The notes beneath the pieces are model-generated. The model did no database searches. It had not been told where the DNA came from and worked only from the letters and a program-made list of their open reading frames with translations. 64,000 bases of DNA from assembly GCA_004431415.1 (NCBI GenBank), contig QPMI01000514.1:1-64000 (forward strand), read 5' to 3'. Within the stretch, counting starts at the first letter, position 1, and each line of letters opens with the position of its first letter. A program made the translations under genes and the position numbers. The stretch comes from Cyanophora paradoxa CCMP329. Lineage: Eukaryota; Plantae; Glaucophyta. Positions 1 through 7,731 of this stretch are shown here, in pieces.

Positions 1-814
1 ACAACAATTGTTATGATTTTCGAATATTAATGCTTCCAAAGTCGTCGAACTGGCACTTGACTGAAAGAAAAATACAATTTTCACGATTTTCGAATATTAA
101 AGCTTCCGAAGTCGTCAAGCTAGCGCTGGCCTATATCGGATTGCCAGCAATTAATAATTCTTGAACGCGCGTTGGCCGGTATATATATATACGTATATAC
201 TTACCGGAGTCTAACCGGACCACTTTGTAATTTGTTTTACACTAGTCGCCGGGGGACTTTGCCGGTAAGAAACAGGTGACGAGCCTCGCGGAGCTGGCCT
301 AATTAACCATCTCTGATCATGACGAAGTTGCTTTCGAAATTGCCTTGTCGAATTCGCTTTTTTCTAACCGTTCAATGACGTCAAGCTGGCCTATCGGGCG
401 CTAGCTTTCGGAGTCGTCCGTCAGATTTCGGTGTAATATTAATGGGGCCGGAAGTTGCCCGGAACGTCGACGTCCTCGCGATCGCAAATTAATAGCTAGC
501 CTATTGCCAGGCTATTGGTTTATACCAGTTGCCACTGCCAGGCTAGCAGGGCCAGCCTGGCAGCTACGGTACTAGGCTAGTGAACTTGCCGCGGCCCGGC
601 GGCCGCTTTTCATGATCACCGGTTCAGCCGGGCCGCGCGCTAGCGGGCCCGCCGGGCCGCGGCCCGCGGTCCGGCGGCCAGTACATGTATACCGGTTCAG
701 CCCCGCGGGCCGCGGCCCTAAGCTTTTTTTTAGCTATTGGTAGCAATGGTAGCATTGGTAGGTCGGTCTTCGCTTATGCCGGTTCATCCCCGCGGCCCTA
801 AGCTTTTTTTTAGC

Positions 815-1626
815 TATTGGTAGGTCGGTCTTCGCAGGGCTTTTGTATGGCGAAGAAAGGAGTACCCCTGAGAAATCTCGGCTTTAGCAGGCGAGAAATA
901 TTTACGAAATTTTTTGTTTTGGTGAATTACCGGCCACAGCCTCTAGTCTACTCCAGCGCACTGTGGGGGCGTGTAATATTTAGGAAATTGCCCAAAACTT
1001 TTTAAGTACTATAAATATGCAGCCCACTTACTAAGTTAATATTTCTAGTTCTACAGTATTATTTAGCCTAGCGCTATAGCGGGCCATATTAGAGGCGCCG
1101 GCGCCGGCCGCCGGGCCGGCGCCCCGCCGCCGCCGGGCCACTGGGCGGCGGAGTCTGGGCCAAACGCTCTGCCATATGCATGCAGGCTCAGTGGCTGTAG
1201 TGCCGCTGTACATGTGCAGCAGACCGTGTTCGAACTCGAACTTCGGACTCTAAGTTCGGAGTCGGTACTACCGGTAGTACCACGGTACTGCGGCGCCACG
1301 CGCCGGCGCGTACCGTAGTACGGTGGCGTACCGTACTAAAAGTAGTACGGTGCAGCAACGTTAACGCACGCGGACTCCGGAGTCGCTGAACGGACTCCCG
1401 AGTCCGGGAGTCGCCCGTCGCAACGTCGGACGTCGACCGTCCGACGGTCGGACTTCCGACGTCGACTATGCCACACTGTGTTCTCATATGCGTTAACACA
1501 ACCCTAAGGTAAGTTTTCTGACCTCAATCAAACTACCGAGGATTTTTGGCTCGACCGTTCCGTGAGAACTGAGTTTTTTTACGGGTGTCCGCATGCGTCA
1601 TAAGTAATAAGTTATAACTTAGTATT
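815..1626 (+). repeat. Host interspersed repeat; diverged inverted copy at ~30096-30580
   Basis: 1594-1626 is the reverse complement of 30096-30128 (32/33). Blocks ~975-1060 and ~820-905 match ~30412-30498 and ~30490-30576 in reverse. Confidence 0.75.
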
Positions 1627-1963
1627 ACGTGTAGCATAACCCTTGAAACCTCTTTGTTTTTTAGATTCGAAATACACACAATTAACGTCTAGATGATGTT
1701 GAAGATTATTCCGAGACCGGCGCTTTGGGGGTCCGCCTCAAATCATTGCTATATCTTTTGCAAGATCGATCGGTCTAGACGTTGGATATTACCTAGCGGT
1801 TGCTTGATGGTTGGTTTGGATAGGTTGTGGGGTAGACGTAACGAAGGATTGGAAGAGTGTGTTGGTTGGAAGGCGTTGGAGTGTGTGGGTTGGGGTGGTT
1901 TGGAGGAGTGAGGGTGGTGAAGAGGTGCGGGCCACAGAATCAGGTCCTCTCTCATTTTTTTGC

Positions 1964-2250
1964 ATCGAGCTGCTGCGCGCTGCTCACGAGTACGAGCTGA
2001 AGGACCTCTTTGAGCGGGCCGCGAATTTGCTGTCTGTCCGCGCACCTCACTGTCGATTGCGTCCTTTCGGCTCTCGTCTCCGCCCGCCAGATGGAAGCCT
2101 TGGACCTCCAGCGCGCCGCCTTCGACTTCATTCGAACGAATGCGAAGGCGGTCGCCGCCTCCCATTCCTTCCGACAGATGGCGGACGCTGGGGACTCCGA
2201 TCTGATTGTCGAAGTTGCCGAAGCCCTAGCCGCCGGGCCGGCCTGTCTTC
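1964..2250 (+). pseudogene. Host BTB/POZ-BACK (SPOP-like) C-terminal fragment, frameshifted
   Basis: ELLRAAHEYELKDLFERAANLL continues in another frame as SAHLTVDCVLSALVSARQMEALDLQRAAFDFIRTNAKAV. Removing the duplicated TGTC at ~2031-2038 restores the frame. No upstream BTB exon is visible. Confidence 0.7.
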
Positions 2251-2363
2251 GAAACCATAATTATACAATCTATAGCTAGCTGAATTTCAGCTACGAGAAA
2301 TGGCAGTTGCGAATGCATGTTCAAGCGAGAACGCAGACTCGGATTTGATTCGCTATCACCGAA

Positions 2364-2369
2364 AACCAT
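2364..2369 (+). repeat. Target-site duplication AACCAT (left copy)
   Basis: The same 6-mer lies directly outside both TIRs. 6-bp TSDs are typical of Polinton rve integrases. Confidence 0.93.
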
Positions 2370-2839
2370 ACACATATACAACGCCCGGTTTTTAGACCTC
2401 GGCTAATTTAAATTGATATCGTTAGTATATAACCTGTATTTATAATATATCTATCGTGAATATGTGTGTATTTTATCTGTGATATGTATTTATTTTATCG
2501 TGGGTTATAGCTTCTTTTTAATAAAATATGTGAAATATGTATAGTTTATGTGAAGTTTAGCTATATTCTCGATGAGTAGACTTATATATATCGTGAGTTT
2601 CATTATAGAATAGGTGTGACTCAACTTAGTTTAATTATAACTTGCCTCAGTCTAAAAACCGGGCGTTGTATATGTGTGTTGTTCTGAATTTTCAATGCAT
2701 AAGCGACGATCATGCGTCGTTTCATCAAAAACAACTACCATGAGCTGCATGGAACGTTCTGTATGCGGCTCTCTATAAAACAAAGTAGATCTATGATATA
2801 TTATGATTGATTCTTTTGTATTTTAATTGTCTTATTCAG

Positions 2840-2930
2840 TGTTACAGGTGTTACAGGTTTATCCCAAAGTCCGCCCTAGGAGTGGGGTCTTGGTTCCCGA
2901 GTTTGGGCAAGACCTGTAACACCTGTAACA
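2840..2930. repeat. 91-bp palindromic iteron module A (left TIR); mirror copy at 28548-28638
   Basis: TGTTACAGGTGTTACAGG-tttatcccaaagt-29-nt loop with CCTAGG-agtttgggcaaga-CCTGTAACACCTGTAACA. Confidence 0.9.
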
Positions 2931-3079
2931 ACGTAAACAATTATCGTGTGCTGCATGAAACATTTCGCGCGCATCGAGAGTATGTGATAGTGAATAGTTT
3001 CGCACTGAAAACGATATTACTATGATATATTAAGACTGATATTTTGTTGTTTTAATAGGTTCTTACTGAAATAGGTCAG

Positions 3080-3170
3080 TGTTACAGGTGTTACAGGTTC
3101 ATCCCAAACTTTGCCCTAGGAGGGGGTGGGGGACAGGAAACTTTGGGATAGACCTGTAACACCTGTAACA
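3080..3170. repeat. 91-bp palindromic iteron module B (left TIR); mirror copy at 28308-28398
   Basis: Same architecture as module A, starting exactly 240 bp downstream. Confidence 0.9.
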
Positions 3171-3329
3171 CCTTACTGAGAATCTATAAATTCACTTGTA
3201 ACACCTTGTTTTATGATTGTTATCAGTCTCAGGATTGAAAAAGCCCCGCCCACTATGCAAGATACATGCCTTTCTTATGCATGATCTATGAAAAATAACA
3301 ATAAACCCATCTCTCATTCTTCGAATTCT

Positions 3330-3593
3330 TCACATAGGAGCACTCACAGGAATTTCGCTTGCCTTTCGAACAGTCCCCCGATTAAACGCTTGCTCTACAA
3401 TCGCTTCCTTTGTGAGTGGAATCGGAATTCCAGCAGCAATACACGATTTAACTTCTTTGTCCACAATCTCATCAATCGCGATTCTCGCCCTATTATGAGC
3501 CGCATTATCGATCCAATCCTGAACAGAGTAGGCACAGTATTCCATTCCCAGTTTCTCAGTCTCAGTTAGAACCACTTGGTAGATGTTCGACAT
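3330..3593 (-). CDS. Small phage-type protein, probably fibre-associated (87 aa)
   Basis: The WIDNAAHNRARIAIDEIV motif resembles small proteins I recall next to C1q-type fibre genes in marine phages. Lies 9 bp downstream of the C1q fibre gene. Confidence 0.7.
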   Translation of the reverse strand: MSNIYQVVLTETEKLGMEYCAYSVQDWIDNAAHNRARIAIDEIVDKEVKSCIAAGIPIPLTKEAIVEQAFNRGTVRKASEIPVSAPM

Positions 3594-3602
3594 TCTTTTA
3601 CT

Positions 3603-4613
3603 TTATGTTGCAGAAATTAATTCACCAGTCCACATAGTGTAAGAATCAACGGCATTGCCGTTTAATTTGCCTGAGACTACATATATTCGAACAGTATCCC
3701 CGGCAGCTAATCCATAGATAGTATTGATGGATAAATTCATAAACGCACCTGTATTAGTATATGCAAGAGCGACTGTATTACTATCATTTATTCTTAAACG
3801 AACTATTGTTGAAGTAGTGTTGTCTCCTGATATTCCTGTAAGAATGAATCTATAATGTCCGGTTATAGGAGCAGTGAATATTCCATTTGTTAAATTCAAA
3901 TGGTTTCCGTTGTTGATCCACGCATGCCCATAAGCTCCAATATAACTCGGACTTGCTACTATTGTAGATAAACCAACACAAAACCGTGGATGGTTTGGAG
4001 TAGCAAGATAGGAATTTGTTCCATTGATAGTCAGACCATTCCAATTATAAGTCCCAGCAACAGCCCCTGATGTTGAATTTGTTGAAGTTGCAGTGAAAGT
4101 AGAAGCAATCTTTGCCCCACCTCTCTTGATCTCAAAATTGTCATTCACCCCCACAGTATCAATAGAATTCGTTTTAATCCCACCACTTGCTGTGAGTAAA
4201 CCAGTGAATCCACCCGAAGCTGAAAGGCTTCCAGTAATTGTTGCACTCCCATTCACACTCAGTCCAGTCCCAATCCATGCCCCACCACTGTAAACTTGAA
4301 AAGCCGCCGAATTCCTATCAGCCGGATTAAAAGCCGTTTTGGAATCCTGTTGACCTTCATATAGATTTTCTTTGGTGACCAGCCCCGAAGAGATTGCGGG
4401 TCGATTCGATACGATCAGTTCAGTAGCTTTAACGATTCCACCAGCCTTGTCAGCTCTGAGTTCTTTGACTCTGAGAATGGAGGTCTCATTGAAAGAATCG
4501 GTTTTCGCTGTCTCAGTCGAAGGGAATGACTCACTTAGATCATATATAGTGTGTTGCACGTTGTGGACAGCACTGGCTGATAAGGAAAACACAGGGGTAA
4601 ACACAGTCGACAT
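3603..4613 (-). CDS. Fibre/spike protein with C-terminal C1q/TNF-like head (336 aa)
   Basis: C-terminal NNGNHLNLTNGIFTAPITGHYRF...LAAGDTVRIYV...WTGELI is the C1q-domain pattern. Gly/Ser/Thr-rich shaft. Confidence 0.8.
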   Translation of the reverse strand: MSTVFTPVFSLSASAVHNVQHTIYDLSESFPSTETAKTDSFNETSILRVKELRADKAGGIVKATELIVSNRPAISSGLVTKENLYEGQQDSKTAFNPADRNSAAFQVYSGGAWIGTGLSVNGSATITGSLSASGGFTGLLTASGGIKTNSIDTVGVNDNFEIKRGGAKIASTFTATSTNSTSGAVAGTYNWNGLTINGTNSYLATPNHPRFCVGLSTIVASPSYIGAYGHAWINNGNHLNLTNGIFTAPITGHYRFILTGISGDNTTSTIVRLRINDSNTVALAYTNTGAFMNLSINTIYGLAAGDTVRIYVVSGKLNGNAVDSYTMWTGELISAT

Positions 4614-4668
4614 CTTTTGATTGTTCTTTATTATTACGTGAGAATATTATTATTATTACGTGAGAATA

Positions 4669-7600
4669 TTATGCTACCATCTTCCCTGTTGCTATATAAC
4701 TCATTTGATAGTGGAAAAGTCCAATGCTTTCATTGAATGCATGTTCTGCCGAAATTGTTGCATGAATAGTAAATGTTGTTGTTGTGGAACTTGTGACACC
4801 ATATACCAATACATATGAACCACCATTATATCCTTGTATCAGATTGAGAACCACTTCTGGGGCTTCCGCAAATGCTTTCGGGAATGTGACAACCTGTGGA
4901 AATCCCCAATGACCCGGACCTGTGATTGTCAAAGATTTTGAGAATTTCCCTGTTTGTATATACTGGTCTTTATTGACACGCTGTTCTGAAACAAGTTTTG
5001 CAATCTTTGTATTATCTGTTTCATCCATTGCATAATATGCTCTTGCGTAAGCATTTCCCCGACATAATAACGTTTTATCGTATATATTTGCGGAATTGTG
5101 GAAAAACCATTGTTCCAAATAAAGTGGCGCATTCGGTTGGTAAATTTGACCGGATCCCACATACATGGTGTTATTGGCTGTAATTGTATTCGCTACAAAT
5201 GGGTCTAAGGTTGGGAAATCCGTGATTTCCGATTTTGTGTGAGTATGGGCGAAGTCTGTTATATTTGCCTTTGTGTGACTATGTGCGAAATCTGTGATAT
5301 CTGCTTTAAAATGAGAGTGAGGACCGACAGTCGTAGAAGCTGTTGGCTTCCCGTATATATTATTCCAATGGAGGAAACCACTGTGTGACGATATAGCGGG
5401 GTTTTTGCTCCAACCAACAGTAATCGGACCTGGAAGATAAATTCTTCCTATTTGTCCATGAACACCAACTTTAACAAGTCCTTCACAATTTATTGCAACA
5501 AACTGTTTAAAATCTCTTACAGGATTAATTCCAGGAGCATAGGCATTTACTCGTAAACGAGTATAAGTATTGTTTGATGGTTCAATTCCAACAACATCAA
5601 AGTATCTACTGTCATACTGACACGTATAATAGATATAACATGATTTCATGTCTGTTGGAACAGTCCAATACATCTTACAGCTACTACAATCATCATCACC
5701 ATCAATCCATGTGTTTGCCCAAGTGCTTGTGTCACCTACAAGTGGTTGCCCAACATAATCTCTCCAATCTCCTGTGCGGTCTGTGGAAATACCACTTGTA
5801 GCGTCAAAATCAGTTGGTGAAGTGTATGTTGGTGTATTTATCAGATCATCATAGTTTCCAGTTGTTGCCACAGTCGCAAATGTCGGGAAGTCTGTAATTT
5901 GAGACTTTGTGTGGGTATGGGCAAAATCTGTTATTTCTGACTTTGTGTGAGTGTGTGAAAAATCTGTAATCTCTGACTTTGTGTGAGTGTGTAGATAAGG
6001 TGCGAAGGTTAATGGTCGAACATTGTGAACATTGGGTAATTCAATGCGACTAATTGGAGTGTTTGGATCTAATACATATTCAGCACCAAGGTGGACAACA
6101 GGAAATGTTTGATCATTCGGAGTAGTAACAAAGAAATTAGAAGCATGCACATCACCTGCAATTGTTCCACCTGTTAGTGGTAAATAATCATGATCGTGTG
6201 AATCAGGTGGATAGGTCGATGGGGGATTGACAATATGCTCCCAAAAATGCTCGTGAGAACTGGGTGGATAGGTTAATGGGGCATTGGTGATATGCTCCCA
6301 AAAATGCCTGTGAACATTGGGTAATTCAAGTCGACTAAATGGAGTGTTTGGATCTAATACATATTCAGCACCAAGGTGGACAACAGGGAATGACTGATCA
6401 TTCGGAGTGTCCACAAAGAAATTCGGAGCATGCACATCACCTGTGAGAGTCCCGCCTGTAAGGGGTAAATAATCCCCAAGAGCCGACGTTAATTCGGTAT
6501 CTGTTACATAATCTTCAAGAATTGCTGCAAGTTCTGTATCATCTACATAGTTTTTGCTTTCGAGGTAATCATCTGTAACAACACCGGAAAGGGTGGTATT
6601 GTGTAAGTTTTTAGCTGCCATTCTCTGATTGACTTCTAAGGCGCCACCTGTTGTCGTTTTTATCCATGCAATCTCGCATTTTCCGTGATCATCTGTGGGT
6701 TGTCCCACAACAGGAAGATAGTTTACAACTTTCTCCCTTGTGAAAACTATCTTAGGTCTTGCTCCATCATATGCACTTTGATCTGTTACATTTACTTGTA
6801 TTGCTGCTGAAAAATCCGCTTCTTGTCCTATTTCTCCTGGGTGATAATTCGTAACATAGATACTGGGGAAAGTATCATTTACTCCTACATTGAAATCGCC
6901 ACTATAAACTCCATTTACGATTGGATCCCGTGGTAATCTTACAGCAAGAGTTCCCACCATCGGTGTGCCTGTTTCACCTGTGAATGTCCCATTGAGATTT
7001 ACGTAATGATCATTCAAAAACAGCCTTTCAGGTGTATTAATCGATTGGTAAAGTGTGACCCCATTAAAAACATTTCCAATTGCATTCAATTGCGCAAAAA
7101 CTGGCTGCTCATCTATTTCCTCCCATGGGTGCCTGTGGTTACTATTGGTAATCTCTGAATAATCATGAGTGTGTTTTCCCGGTGGGAAGGTCGATGGGGG
7201 ATTTGTGATATCTTCCCATAAATGCTTATGGGCGAAATCTGTTATTTGATCTTTTGTGTGTGTGTGGTCGAAATCTGTAATATCTGCTTTTGTGTGTTTT
7301 TGCTTTGCTAACCAATCTAAAACAACATTCGATGTCGGATGATTTGGTAGGTTTGCTTCAATATTCACAGTGAGATAATCGACTATTACATTACTTCCAT
7401 TAATATTACTTGCCCATAGGTTAATGCTGTAAATGTTACTGCCATAAATGTTACTGGCATAAATGTTACTTGTTACTGTAAGGTTTGATGAAATTGTGAG
7501 ATTAGATGAAATAACACCACCTTTGAGAGACAAGTAATCATGAGTGTGTGGATCAGGTGGGAAGGTTAATGGTCGATTGGTGATATGCTCCCACAAATGC

Positions 7601-7731
7601 TCGTGAGAACTGGGTGGATAGGTTAATGGGGCATTGGTGATATGTTCCCACAAATGCTTGTGAGAATTGGGTAGTTCGATTCGACTAATTGGGGTGTTGT
7701 CGCCCAATATAAATTCGGCACCTGTATGCAC
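4669..7731 (-). CDS. Tail-fibre-like protein, C-terminal part (His-x-His repeats, C-terminal H-lectin/gp53-like domain); probably continuous with 7685-10660
   Basis: Repeats HTHTKSEITDF, HxHxWEHITNxP, YLPLTGGTLTG and FATVATTGNYDDL. C-terminal VTFPKAFAEAPEVVL...SYIATG. The ORF starts at a GTG in the middle of a repeat unit. Confidence 0.82.
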   Translation of the reverse strand: MHTGAEFILGDNTPISRIELPNSHKHLWEHITNAPLTYPPSSHEHLWEHITNRPLTFPPDPHTHDYLSLKGGVISSNLTISSNLTVTSNIYASNIYGSNIYSINLWASNINGSNVIVDYLTVNIEANLPNHPTSNVVLDWLAKQKHTKADITDFDHTHTKDQITDFAHKHLWEDITNPPSTFPPGKHTHDYSEITNSNHRHPWEEIDEQPVFAQLNAIGNVFNGVTLYQSINTPERLFLNDHYVNLNGTFTGETGTPMVGTLAVRLPRDPIVNGVYSGDFNVGVNDTFPSIYVTNYHPGEIGQEADFSAAIQVNVTDQSAYDGARPKIVFTREKVVNYLPVVGQPTDDHGKCEIAWIKTTTGGALEVNQRMAAKNLHNTTLSGVVTDDYLESKNYVDDTELAAILEDYVTDTELTSALGDYLPLTGGTLTGDVHAPNFFVDTPNDQSFPVVHLGAEYVLDPNTPFSRLELPNVHRHFWEHITNAPLTYPPSSHEHFWEHIVNPPSTYPPDSHDHDYLPLTGGTIAGDVHASNFFVTTPNDQTFPVVHLGAEYVLDPNTPISRIELPNVHNVRPLTFAPYLHTHTKSEITDFSHTHTKSEITDFAHTHTKSQITDFPTFATVATTGNYDDLINTPTYTSPTDFDATSGISTDRTGDWRDYVGQPLVGDTSTWANTWIDGDDDCSSCKMYWTVPTDMKSCYIYYTCQYDSRYFDVVGIEPSNNTYTRLRVNAYAPGINPVRDFKQFVAINCEGLVKVGVHGQIGRIYLPGPITVGWSKNPAISSHSGFLHWNNIYGKPTASTTVGPHSHFKADITDFAHSHTKANITDFAHTHTKSEITDFPTLDPFVANTITANNTMYVGSGQIYQPNAPLYLEQWFFHNSANIYDKTLLCRGNAYARAYYAMDETDNTKIAKLVSEQRVNKDQYIQTGKFSKSLTITGPGHWGFPQVVTFPKAFAEAPEVVLNLIQGYNGGSYVLVYGVTSSTTTTFTIHATISAEHAFNESIGLFHYQMSYIATGKMVA

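Larger units (their letters stand above)
2370..3269 (+). repeat. Left terminal inverted repeat (900 bp)
   Basis: Reverse complement of 28209-29109. The only difference I found by eye is a 1-bp indel (TAATTGTC at ~2829 vs GACCAATTA at ~28649). Confidence 0.96.

Noticed and set aside
1840-1925. GT-rich TTGGA/GGGT tract resembling a telomere seed
   Set aside because: There is no constant repeat unit; it is a low-complexity degenerate tract.
2807-3569. ORFs 2807-3025 and 3288-3569
   Set aside because: The first runs through the TIR hairpin and starts at a non-ATG codon. The second is antisense to the better supported 3330-3593 gene.
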